Source: Candidatus Zhuqueibacterota bacterium (GTDB taxonomy: Bacteria; Zhuqueibacterota; Zhuqueibacteria; Thermofontimicrobiales; Thiofontviventaceae). From it: a stretch of DNA of 64,000 nucleotides. The stretch spans positions 1,418 through 65,417 of the forward strand of contig JAZBPW010000020.1 in assembly GCA_036351795.1 (NCBI GenBank), read 5' to 3'. Positions 19,750 through 28,822 of this stretch are shown here, one piece after another; position 1 is the first letter of the stretch; the number at the start of each line of letters is the position of its first letter. The position numbers and the translations under genes are program-made. The notes beneath the pieces were generated by a model, which saw only the letters and a list, made by a program, of their open reading frames with translations, was not told the DNA's origin and did no database searches.

Positions 19750-21834
19750 TTAATATGTCTCCTTATTGGTAAATTGCAATGTATGATAGAAATGATCAAA
19801 CTCTTCGACAGAGGTGAAGGGCGCTTTACAACTGAAATTTTCACAGACAAACACTTTGACGTCGCCACCCGGCAAAACCTTGCCGTTCACCAGTGGAAAG
19901 AGAATATGTTCTTTCTCGCGAATGCTTCCATCCGCGTACGCCAAAACTTTATTGGGCAGATATTTGATCTGAATGGCTGATTTAAATTCTGTGAATGTCG
20001 CAGCGTCCCGTGGACCACTGAGAACAATCTCTTTTGCGGAATGAGTCAGGAAGTCTAGCGCGCAGAGCAGATGCGAAAATCCGAACGGGTAATTCTCGAT
20101 CTTGCCGGCATACATTCGGAAGGCTTCCGACGCTTTTTCCATTAGAATGTGATCACCCGTAAACCGGCCCAATCGTACCAGGCTGTGCACTGCGGCAGAA
20201 TTCCCGGATGGCACCGGATTGTCATATGGATTTCTTGTGCGCAACAGGATATCTGATTGTTCCATTTCCGTGAAGTAAAAACCTCCTTCTTCCTCATCCC
20301 AAAATTTGGCCAGCATACTGTCATTCAACTCGACAGCTGTGCTGAGATGGCTGAGTTCGAAAGATGTCTCATAAAGATCGAGCAGTGCTTCGATCAATAA
20401 TGCGTAATCCGATAGATAGCCATTAATTTGCGCCCTTCCAGCGCGCCATGTTCTCTTCAGTGATTTATCAATATATAGATTTTGCAATAAAAAATCAACC
20501 GCTTTTTGAGCCGCTTCAAGGTACATTTGCTCACCAAGCACCTGATGCGCCTTGCACAAAGCGGATATCATCATCGCGTTCCATGATGTGAGTATCTTAT
20601 CGTCCGTCCCCGGAGGCACTCGCTGAGATCGCCGGGACAATAGTACCGCTCTCGCATCGGCCATGCGCTGCGACAGATCACTTTCATCGATCGCATACTC
20701 TTTGGCGACAGGCGCATTGGACCTTCTCTGATGCAAAATGTTGACGCCTTCCCAATTACCTCCTCTTGAGACTCCGTAGAAATCCATGAAGAGTTTCGCA
20801 GGCTCTTCTCCCAGAAGGTCCACCACTTCGCTTGCATCCCACACGTAATATTTCCCTTCCTCTCCCTCACTGTCCGCATCCTGGGAAGAATAGAAACCGC
20901 CCTTCGGAGATGTCATCTCATCCAGGACGTATTTCAGTGTCGATCTCGCGATTTCCGTGTAAATTGTCTTTTTTGTGAGTTGAAAAGCCTCAAGATAGGT
21001 GCTGGTCAACAGAGCATTGTCATACAGCATTTTTTCGAAGTGTGGCACCAGCCAGCGCTCGTCAGTAGAGTAGCGATGAAATCCACCACCGAGATGATCG
21101 TATATGCCACCGCGCGCCATTTCGTCAAGTGTTTTTTCTACCATACTCAGCGCGCTACGCTCACCTGTATGAAAATAGTAGCGAAGCAGGAATGCCAATT
21201 CCATCGGCTGGGGAAATTTGGGCGCCTTTCCAAAACCACCATTTCGTTCATCGAATTGACGAACGGCGGTGTCAAAGGCCGGCTTCCATAAATGCATGCC
21301 GATCTCGCCGGCACCTGTACCCGGACTCTCCAGCTGCATCAACTGTTCAGTCAGTTCATCCGCGCTCTTCATCAGTTCGTCATTCCTATCCTTCCAGACA
21401 TCGACAATTTGAAGTAGCATATTTTTAAATCCAGGCCGCCCCCAGCGATCGTCAGGCGGAAAATATGTACCCCCGAAAAAGGGTTTGCGCAGAGGCGTCA
21501 GCCATATGGACAGAGGCCAGCCGCCGCTGCCGGTCATCATCTGTACGGCATTCATATAGATATTGTCGATATCGGGCCGCTCTTCGCGATCCACTTTAAT
21601 GGAGACGAAATGTTCATTGAGAATAGACGCAATCTCTTCGTTTTGGAAGGATTCATGCTCCATCACATGGCACCAATGACAGGCGGAATAGCCGATTGAG
21701 AGGAAGATGGGCTTGTTCAATTCGCGAGCCAGCCTCAATGCGTCATCTCCCCACGGATACCAGTTCACTGGATTGTGGGCGTGTTGCAACAGGTACGGAC
21801 TCGTTTCATTGATCAAATGATTGGTGTATTTCAA
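19750..21834 (-). CDS. yyaL: Thioredoxin-domain protein of the YyaL/DUF255 family (N-terminal thioredoxin fold plus an alpha/alpha-toroid domain).
   Basis: '[51 protein letters not shown]' (the signature CHWCH). Confidence 0.85.
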   Translation of the reverse strand: MKYTNHLINETSPYLLQHAHNPVNWYPWGDDALRLARELNKPIFLSIGYSACHWCHVMEHESFQNEEIASILNEHFVSIKVDREERPDIDNIYMNAVQMMTGSGGWPLSIWLTPLRKPFFGGTYFPPDDRWGRPGFKNMLLQIVDVWKDRNDELMKSADELTEQLMQLESPGTGAGEIGMHLWKPAFDTAVRQFDERNGGFGKAPKFPQPMELAFLLRYYFHTGERSALSMVEKTLDEMARGGIYDHLGGGFHRYSTDERWLVPHFEKMLYDNALLTSTYLEAFQLTKKTIYTEIARSTLKYVLDEMTSPKGGFYSSQDADSEGEEGKYYVWDASEVVDLLGEEPAKLFMDFYGVSRGGNWEGVNILHQRRSNAPVAKEYAIDESDLSQRMADARAVLLSRRSQRVPPGTDDKILTSWNAMMISALCKAHQVLGEQMYLEAAQKAVDFLLQNLYIDKSLKRTWRAGRAQINGYLSDYALLIEALLDLYETSFELSHLSTAVELNDSMLAKFWDEEEGGFYFTEMEQSDILLRTRNPYDNPVPSGNSAAVHSLVRLGRFTGDHILMEKASEAFRMYAGKIENYPFGFSHLLCALDFLTHSAKEIVLSGPRDAATFTEFKSAIQIKYLPNKVLAYADGSIREKEHILFPLVNGKVLPGGDVKVFVCENFSCKAPFTSVEEFDHFYHTLQFTNKETY

Positions 21835-21935
21835 TTTTGTTTGCGACTCCTCACAATCGATTCAGGTATATGCGAAAGTTAATATAGCGATCAGGACAAT
21901 ATAGCCTGATGATTTCATCAATTTACAGGCTGTGA

Positions 21936-22166
21936 TCAGAGCTTTTTTCTGACATATGCCCTGTATTCATCCTTGCTGGTTTCAATTCCCAGAAATTCAT
22001 GTCCTGTCATTTTGCACCAGTTGGGCATATCCTCAACGATCCCCTCGTCATCTGATACCACTTCAAGCGTTTCTCCGACAGCCAGCTCTTTGATCTTTTC
22101 AGCCGTTTTGATAATCGGCATGGGACAATAAAGTCCAAGGCAATCTATTGTCATATCGGTTTTCAT
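21936..22166 (-). CDS. tusA: TusA-like sulfur-carrier protein.
   Basis: 76 aa with 'CLGLYCPMP' (the CPxP motif). Confidence 0.8.
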   Translation of the reverse strand: MKTDMTIDCLGLYCPMPIIKTAEKIKELAVGETLEVVSDDEGIVEDMPNWCKMTGHEFLGIETSKDEYRAYVRKKL

Positions 22167-22188
22167 GAAAAAGTGATCACTCCCTGTC

Positions 22189-22680
22189 CTAGATAAATAG
22201 TGTGGTACTGCTTTCCTGCGAGATTGCTAAAAACGACGCCACTCCGGCGACATTGTCCACTTCCGGGATCAGCGACTCTTTCGGGATCCCCATCACATTC
22301 ATGCTCGTGCTGCAGGCGGTGAAATTTACACCCAGTGATTTGGCTGTCGTCAGCATTTCGGACAAAGACGGCAACTTTGATTTCTTCATGATCTTTTTCA
22401 TCATTGCCGCGCCGGCGCCAGCCATGTTCATCCTGGAAATTGGTCTCTTATCCGGACCGGGTTTCACCATGACATTGAAAAGCCTTCTCAGGAGGTCGTT
22501 CTTCCCGCGCTTCGAGCCCTTTTCCTGCAATAGTTTCAACCCCCAGAACGTAAAAAACATATTCACCCTCATTCCAGAAGCGGCTGCTCCGGTAGCGATG
22601 GTCAGTGCCGCGAAGATCTTGTCCAGATCGCCGCTGAACACGATCAGAGCGATGGAATTCTTGTCGCCGTTATCATTCAT
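22189..22680 (-). CDS. DsrE/DsrF-like family protein.
   Basis: 'SIALIVFSGDLDK...FFTFWGLKLL...FTACSTSMNVMGI'. 163 aa. Overlaps the iscU stop by 8 nt. Confidence 0.6.
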   Translation of the reverse strand: MNDNGDKNSIALIVFSGDLDKIFAALTIATGAAASGMRVNMFFTFWGLKLLQEKGSKRGKNDLLRRLFNVMVKPGPDKRPISRMNMAGAGAAMMKKIMKKSKLPSLSEMLTTAKSLGVNFTACSTSMNVMGIPKESLIPEVDNVAGVASFLAISQESSTTLFI

Positions 22681-23113
22681 CGTGAGCTTCGTCGTGTTCC
22701 ATCTCTTCTTCAGATTTCAGCTTGATGGGCGAAGGGACACCCTTCTTCTTGTAATAGTCATCCAGAGCGCTCTGTAGCGCCTGCTCCGCCAGCACCGAAC
22801 AGTGCCGCTTCACCTTTGGTAGACCACCGAGCTCCTGAGTGACCTGTTCATTGGTGATCTCCAGGGCTTCATCTATTTTCTTTCCCTTGATCAGCTCGGT
22901 TGCCATACTGCTGGTGGCAATTGCCGCACCGCAGCCGAATGTCTTGAATTTGGCGTCGACAATCACATCATCCTTCACCTTGATATACATCTGCATGATA
23001 TCGCCGCACGACGGATTGCCAACCGTACCGATGCCATCGGGATCTTCAATTTCACCGACGTTACGCGGATTCATGAAATGATCCATCACTTTTTCACTGT
23101 ATGGTGTATTCAT
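22673..23113 (-). CDS. iscU: Fe-S cluster scaffold NifU/IscU.
   Basis: 'GNPSCGDIMQMYIKV', 'FKTFGCGAAIATSS', 'KRHCSVLAEQAL' (three conserved Cys). Confidence 0.9.
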   Translation of the reverse strand: MNTPYSEKVMDHFMNPRNVGEIEDPDGIGTVGNPSCGDIMQMYIKVKDDVIVDAKFKTFGCGAAIATSSMATELIKGKKIDEALEITNEQVTQELGGLPKVKRHCSVLAEQALQSALDDYYKKKGVPSPIKLKSEEEMEHDEAHDE

Positions 23114-23133
23114 ATTCGATCCTTTTCTTGATT

Positions 23134-24297
23134 CTATTTTTTATATAATGGAGACATCATCCGCAATCGTTCAACGATCGGCGGCAGTTTCTCTACGAGC
23201 AAATCGATCTCGTTTTTCGTATTGTCAATACCAAGCGTAAACAATATTGTTCCATTGGCAATGGCGTGAGAAACGCCGATCGCAAGAAGAACATGCGACG
23301 CTTTCAAGGCCCGCGATGTACACGCGGAACCACTCGACGCCAGAATATTGAAAGTGCCCAACATCAGGAGAATCGACTCACCCTCGATGTATTCAAATCC
23401 AAAATTGACATTGTTCGGCAGCCGCAACGTGCGGTGGCCATGCAGACTCACATGTTCGATTTTGCTCTCCAGAGACTCGATGAGATGGTCTCGAAGAGAT
23501 GTGACAAAATCGACGCGCATGGTCATATCCCGCGCCGCGATTTCAGCCGCTGTACCCATACCCACGATTCCCGGCACATTCTCCGTCCCGGCGCGACGTC
23601 CGTTTTCCTGCGTTCCTCCATCTATCAATGGATTGATGCGCGACCCTTTCCTGATGTATAGCGCGGCAGACCCTTTGGGTCCATAAAAAGTAGTTCCCGC
23701 AAGACTCATGAAATCCAGATTCATATCCTTTACATCGACAGGAACGCTGCCAACAGTCTGCACGCCATCCGAATGAAAGAGGATATCCCGCGCCTTCACA
23801 ATCCCGGCGATCTCCCGTATGGGTTCAATCGTGCCGATCTCGTGATTCGCATGCATAATGGACACGAGAATCGTGTCATCCCTGAGCGCCTTCTTCACAT
23901 CATCCGGGTCTAACAGGCCATTTGAATCGACCGGGACTTTTGTGATTTCGAATCCCAGTTTTTCGAGCGATCTGGCAGCCTGTAATACTGAAAAATGCTC
24001 GATTTCCGAGACGACGATATGTCTGCCTTTCTTGCCCAGTGCGAAGGCGACGCCCTTCAATGCAAAGTTATTCGATTCACTTCCGCTCGACGTGAAGATA
24101 ATCTCCTCTGGCGAGGCATTGATCAGGGCTGCGACCTGCGCTCTGGCTTTGTCTATCGCATCTTTGATCTTCTGTCCCTCAAGATGCAGACTCGAAGGAT
24201 TTCCGTACAGGTCCCTGATGTAAGGCTGCATGCTCTTCGCGACTTCGTCCAGAGGCCGAGTTGCAGAGGCATGGTCAAAATTTATTATTTCACTCAT
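23134..24297 (-). CDS. NifS/IscS-family cysteine desulfurase homologue with the PLP Schiff-base Lys replaced. 'SGHK(I/L)YGPKG' has become 'AGTTFYGPKG'. The catalytic Cys loop (SSGSACTS) is intact.
   Basis: Full-length alignment to IscS. TSSGSESNN, the His and the Asp are all retained. I read the H-K to T-T change directly from the DNA: the reverse complement of 23677-23706 reads 'agtcttgcgggaactactttttatggaccc'. Confidence 0.85.
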   Translation of the reverse strand: MSEIINFDHASATRPLDEVAKSMQPYIRDLYGNPSSLHLEGQKIKDAIDKARAQVAALINASPEEIIFTSSGSESNNFALKGVAFALGKKGRHIVVSEIEHFSVLQAARSLEKLGFEITKVPVDSNGLLDPDDVKKALRDDTILVSIMHANHEIGTIEPIREIAGIVKARDILFHSDGVQTVGSVPVDVKDMNLDFMSLAGTTFYGPKGSAALYIRKGSRINPLIDGGTQENGRRAGTENVPGIVGMGTAAEIAARDMTMRVDFVTSLRDHLIESLESKIEHVSLHGHRTLRLPNNVNFGFEYIEGESILLMLGTFNILASSGSACTSRALKASHVLLAIGVSHAIANGTILFTLGIDNTKNEIDLLVEKLPPIVERLRMMSPLYKK

Positions 24298-24306
24298 ATA
24301 TTTATC

Positions 24307-25017
24307 TCACTGATTGACTTTATTTTGAATAAAGGTGATGGCCCTCAGGGGACGGCAGTCCTTCGGACATACCTTCACGCAGTTCGCATGCTTATCACAG
24401 TCGAACACACCATTCTCACGGCTGCTCATCTCCTTCCGCGATGCCAGCTCCGCATCCCTCGGGTCAAACACCTGCTTATAGATTTGAATAGAGACTGCCG
24501 GACCTATGAACTCCGGCGAATCATCTACCTTCGGACAATCCGCATAACAGCATCCGCATTTAATGCAATCGGCAGAACGATTCAATTGGTCGAGGTGTAT
24601 TTTATCCAGATGCGCTTCATATGTCAAGCGTTCGTCCGCCAGATCTTTTTCCCGGACAAGCCAGGGCATGGTTTTTTCTATCTCCTGCCACATCGTTCTC
24701 TGATCCACCACCAGATCTTTGATCACATCAAAATGCGTAAGGGGCTCCAGTGTGACGACGTCATTCTCTTTCAGCATATCATTCACCTGGGTCTTGCACG
24801 CCAATCGTGCCTGTCCGTTGATCTTGATCGCACATGTACCGCATATTGCGCCACGGCACGAATAACGGTAAGCCAATGTCGCATCCTGCTCATCATGGAT
24901 CTGATGCAGCAGGTCGAGAACCGACATTCCCGGTTTGAATTGAGCCGTATATTCCACCTGCGCGCCTGTTTTCTCTTTTTCCGGATTGTATCTGTAGATC
25001 TTGACTTTAAATTCCAT
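24307..25017 (-). CDS. sdhB: Succinate dehydrogenase / fumarate reductase iron-sulfur subunit.
   Basis: 2Fe-2S 'CRGAICGTCAIKING', 4Fe-4S 'CIKCGCCYADCP', 3Fe-4S 'CVKVCPKDCRP'. Confidence 0.9.
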   Translation of the reverse strand: MEFKVKIYRYNPEKEKTGAQVEYTAQFKPGMSVLDLLHQIHDEQDATLAYRYSCRGAICGTCAIKINGQARLACKTQVNDMLKENDVVTLEPLTHFDVIKDLVVDQRTMWQEIEKTMPWLVREKDLADERLTYEAHLDKIHLDQLNRSADCIKCGCCYADCPKVDDSPEFIGPAVSIQIYKQVFDPRDAELASRKEMSSRENGVFDCDKHANCVKVCPKDCRPLRAITFIQNKVNQ

Positions 25018-25080
25018 CCTGAAAATCCCTTGTTGTTATTTCACTAAAAGGAAAAAATCAATAATAAATTTTGATTGAAA

Positions 25081-26778
25081 TCAGTACTTGATCTCTTTCA
25101 AAGGTTCGATATTCTCTATCACGACATCCTTGTAGCTGAGCACGGGTTTGCCGTTTTCACCCCGTCTGACAACTGTATGCTTCAGGAATTCCGCGTTATT
25201 CATCTCAGGATAGTCATCGCGATGATGCGCGCCACGACTCTCTCTTCTCGCGATAGCGCCCTGGGCACAGATGTGCGCCAGCTCCAGCATATTGCCCAGC
25301 TCGAGCACGCGGATCAGATCGAGATTGTACACCCTGCCCTTGTCTCCGACGACCACTGACTGATATCGCTTCTTCAATTCTTCGATGCTATCCAGCCCCT
25401 CTTTCATCAGCTTCTCATTGCGAAAAATACCAAAACATTTGATCATCGCTTTTTCCATATCATCACGGATGTGAGCGGCATTTTCACCCTTGCTGCGACC
25501 CATCAATTCCGCCAGTCGCTGCTCCTCCTGCTTCAGCGACGATTCGCTGTAATTCAGGACACTGTTATTTCTCGCGAATTTCAAAGCCTGTACACCGGCA
25601 TGAAAGCCGAAAACAACCGTCTCGAGCAGAGAATTCCCGCCCAGCCGATTCGCGCCATGCACACTGACGCATGCCGCTTCGCCTGCGGCATAGACGCCCG
25701 GTACGTCGCTCTCTGTCCGCACGTTCACATCAATGCCACCCATGGTGTAATGCACAGTCGGCCGGATCGGTATGGGTTCATGCACCGGATCGACACCTGC
25801 GAAATGGATCGCGATCTCGCGGATCTGCGGCAGGCGCGTCTTGATCTTCTCCTCGCCGAGATGACGGAGGTCGAGATGCACATATTCATCGTTCACACCA
25901 CGACCATTCTGTATTTCCAGATGAATGGAACGTGCAACAAAATCGCGGGGTGCGAGCTCCATGAATTTCGGCGCATAATTTTTCATAAAGCGCTCGCCCT
26001 TGTTGTTGATCAAATAGCCACCCTCTCCCCTCGCGCCCTCGGTGATCAAAATCCCGTTGAGCAGGCCGGTGGGATGGATCTGAAAAAATTCAAAATCTTC
26101 GATTGGAAGCCCGGCATTGTACGCAAGCGCCACGCCATCTCCGGTATTGATCAGTGCATTGGAGCTCTGACCGTACACGCGCCCGGCGCCTCCGGTTGCA
26201 ATGACAAGCGCCTTGCTGCGGATGAAATTGAACTCGCCGGTCAGTATGTCGAATGCCGTCAGACCTCTGTATGCACCATCCTCGATGACAAGTGATGTGA
26301 CAAACCACTCCCAATAGATGGTGATCTTGTGCCTCATCGCCTGTTCGTACAGCGTGTGAAGCAGATTATGCCCTGTCTTGTCTGCGACGAAACATGTCCG
26401 GTGGCGACTCTGGCCACCGAAAGCCCGCTGCGCGACAGTGCCATCTTCATTCCGTGTGAACAACGCCCCATATCGATCGAGCCGGGAGATGGCATCCTTG
26501 GCTTCGCTGCATAATACACGCGCGGCATCCTGATCCGCAAGAAACCATGCGCCCTTCACGGTGTCGTACATGTGGCCCTGCCAACTATCATCGAAACGAA
26601 GCGCTGCGTTAATGCCTCCCTGGGCAGCGCCGGAATGAGACCGGACGGGATGCACTTTGGTCACAATCGCAACATCCGCATTCGCATCCTCCTCTTTCGC
26701 CTGTATCGCTGCGCTGAGACCGGCCAATCCGGCTCCCATGATGATAATATCGTGCGTTTTATGCGCTGTCATCTGCAT
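25081..26778 (-). CDS. sdhA: Succinate dehydrogenase / fumarate reductase flavoprotein subunit.
   Basis: 'IIIMGAGLAGLSAA', 'RSHSGAAQGGINAA' (FAD His), and a conserved C-terminal domain. Confidence 0.9.
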   Translation of the reverse strand: MQMTAHKTHDIIIMGAGLAGLSAAIQAKEEDANADVAIVTKVHPVRSHSGAAQGGINAALRFDDSWQGHMYDTVKGAWFLADQDAARVLCSEAKDAISRLDRYGALFTRNEDGTVAQRAFGGQSRHRTCFVADKTGHNLLHTLYEQAMRHKITIYWEWFVTSLVIEDGAYRGLTAFDILTGEFNFIRSKALVIATGGAGRVYGQSSNALINTGDGVALAYNAGLPIEDFEFFQIHPTGLLNGILITEGARGEGGYLINNKGERFMKNYAPKFMELAPRDFVARSIHLEIQNGRGVNDEYVHLDLRHLGEEKIKTRLPQIREIAIHFAGVDPVHEPIPIRPTVHYTMGGIDVNVRTESDVPGVYAAGEAACVSVHGANRLGGNSLLETVVFGFHAGVQALKFARNNSVLNYSESSLKQEEQRLAELMGRSKGENAAHIRDDMEKAMIKCFGIFRNEKLMKEGLDSIEELKKRYQSVVVGDKGRVYNLDLIRVLELGNMLELAHICAQGAIARRESRGAHHRDDYPEMNNAEFLKHTVVRRGENGKPVLSYKDVVIENIEPLKEIKY

Positions 26779-26825
26779 TCAACAATCCCTTTCTTGCAAT
26801 TTGTACTTATTTTCTGTTTGTAATC

Positions 26826-26854
26826 AATATAAATTAAAAACATACCAAAATCAA
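26826..26854 (-). promoter_or_regulatory. Candidate sigma70-type promoter for the sdhA-led minus-strand chain.
   Basis: On the minus strand: TTGATT, 17 nt, TATATT, about 40 nt upstream of the sdhA ATG. An AAGGGA SD lies nearby. Confidence 0.3.
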
Positions 26855-27039
26855 GTGTTTTCCGTAGCCATTCGCGCAATTTTTATATTGCGTATCATCA
26901 GAATCGCTATCGCAATATCAGTGTAAATATTAAGTTAATAAAATTCCGCTCAAAATGCAATTCTTTTATTTAATTCAACGGACACATGATGATTTTCCGC
27001 TTTCACAACGCCATGAGCGACCATGTAAAATGGTGTGCA

Positions 27040-27082
27040 ATGAGAAGGTAAAAATGAAGGTGCATAAATGAATATGCACCGC
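27040..27082 (-). terminator. Intrinsic terminator of the PDZ-protein gene.
   Basis: An 8-bp stem (GGTGCATA / TATGCACC) with a 6-nt loop, followed on the minus strand by 'TTCATTTTTACC'. Confidence 0.45.
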
Positions 27083-27129
27083 CCTAAAACAATGACGGTG
27101 CATATTCACGGAGTTATCTCATGAAACGA

Positions 27130-28059
27130 TCATATGGTACCGCCAGTCCCTCTTCGCTTTTTGATGATCCTGATTTCTTTTTCTTGCATGTCTTCTTCAA
27201 GTTTTTCGATATCTTCATGGATATCGTCATCTATCTCTATCTCGATCTCCTCCATGTCCGGTATCACCATCTTTTTGATGAAGGAATCGTGCCCCAGATA
27301 TGTCCCCTTGTCGAGAACCACATCGATGCTCTTCTTTGATTGCTTGCGCATCACTTCGACAGAGACCTGCTCGCCTTCATCATACTCGGAGAGGATCTCT
27401 CTGATCTCTTTGGATGTCGACACCACCTCATCGTTCAATTTCATGATCACATCGCCGGCTTTGATTCCAGCCTTTTCAGCAGCGCTCTCCTCAAATACCT
27501 CAAGGACGAGCACGCCTTCATCTTTCTTGACGCTGAAATAGTCAGCGAGGTCATCATTGAAATCCATTATTTTCACACCCATCTGCGAACGGGGATGGAT
27601 CATGTAGAAGTCCTTCATCATATCGCCATGCTTGTGATGAGAAACATATTCCTTTTCCCCCAACTCAATTTTCATCGATTTCTTACTCCCGTTCCGGTAA
27701 AGTGTTACATTCACCTTGTCTCCGGGTGCATTCTTTCCTATCAACCTGGACAACGTCGCCGGCTTTCTGACTGCTGTGCCATTGACTTCGGTGATGATAT
27801 CATCTTCCATTATTCCCGCTTTTTCAGCAGGACTGTCATCGCTGACCTCTTTCACAACGACGCCGTATTCCAATTTCAACTGCGTCTTCAGCGTCGATGA
27901 TATGTCGCCGATAACCACCCCCAGATAGCCTTTCCCCTTCTCCCCTGCCAGAGCGCCATGGTTGATCAATCCAGAGACACCCAGTATAAGGACAAGCGTT
28001 AATGCGATCAAACCTGTTTTACACTTCATTGCAAACCTCCCATCATTGTTAATATACAT
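27130..28059 (-). CDS. Secreted tandem-PDZ-domain protein with an acidic C-terminal tail.
   Basis: Signal peptide 'MKCKTGLIALTLVLILGVSG'. Two PDZ cores ('GVVVKEVSDDSPAEKAGIMEDDII', 'GVLVLEVFEESAAEKAGIKAGDVI'). No protease domain. Confidence 0.8.
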   Translation of the reverse strand: MYINNDGRFAMKCKTGLIALTLVLILGVSGLINHGALAGEKGKGYLGVVIGDISSTLKTQLKLEYGVVVKEVSDDSPAEKAGIMEDDIITEVNGTAVRKPATLSRLIGKNAPGDKVNVTLYRNGSKKSMKIELGEKEYVSHHKHGDMMKDFYMIHPRSQMGVKIMDFNDDLADYFSVKKDEGVLVLEVFEESAAEKAGIKAGDVIMKLNDEVVSTSKEIREILSEYDEGEQVSVEVMRKQSKKSIDVVLDKGTYLGHDSFIKKMVIPDMEEIEIEIDDDIHEDIEKLEEDMQEKEIRIIKKRRGTGGTI

Positions 28060-28188
28060 GCCTTACTCAATCCAAATTGTTTTTGCCTTGTATATATGAG
28101 ACGAATCGAAAACCGTAAAAGTTTTAAACGTCCCACACCAACGCATCGCACTGAATTGGATGAACATTAAACCTTTCACTGATATTTT

Positions 28189-28743
28189 GTGATTGATTTT
28201 GTCACATTTTTTTCGCATATTCAGCTGACAGACAGATATTCAGACGACAATTTTTCGGATCATTTCATGACACTTATCATCATACTGGGATTCATTCTGA
28301 TTATATCGGGTGTATTGGGTTGTATTGTACCAGCGCTTCCGGGGCCACCCCTCAATTTTCTTGCTCTCGTATTGCTTCAAATTGCAAAAGATGGCGCTGC
28401 ATTCACCACGAATGAGCTTGTATTCTGGGGCATTGTCACCGTACTGGTGACAGTCATCGACTATGTGGTTCCTATCGCAGGCGCGAAAAAGTATGGCGCT
28501 TCAAAGACCGGCGTATGGGGGTCGGTCATTGGGCTTCTGGTCGGACTGATATTCTTCCCTCCCTTTGGAATGTTCACCGGTGCATTCATCGGAGCGCTTG
28601 CCGGTGAATACATTGTCGGGAAAAAAAGCAGTGATGCCTTCAAGGCGGGCTGGGGCACATTTATCGGCACAATGGTCGGAATTGGTCTCAAACTGGCCGC
28701 ATCTATTGCAATGTCTTATTACTACATCAAGGCCCTGTTCTGA
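28189..28743 (+). CDS. DUF456-family small membrane protein (the true start is probably the internal Met at ~28267).
   Basis: 'IISGVLGCIVPALPGPPLNFLALVL...GAKKYGASKTGVWGSVIGLLVG' is typical of DUF456. Confidence 0.65.
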   Translation: MIDFVTFFSHIQLTDRYSDDNFSDHFMTLIIILGFILIISGVLGCIVPALPGPPLNFLALVLLQIAKDGAAFTTNELVFWGIVTVLVTVIDYVVPIAGAKKYGASKTGVWGSVIGLLVGLIFFPPFGMFTGAFIGALAGEYIVGKKSSDAFKAGWGTFIGTMVGIGLKLAASIAMSYYYIKALF

Positions 28744-28822
28744 GGACATCAACCGATTTAAACCGGGATGAAAAACTGACGGGTATCTTCCGGCTCAGCC
28801 TATTTTTGTTTCAGCCCGAAAA

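Noticed and set aside
28744-28822. Possible bidirectional terminator between the DUF456 gene and the Lys/Ala/Pro-tail membrane-protein gene.
   Set aside because: I could not find a convincing self-complementary stem by eye. Only T-rich runs are present.
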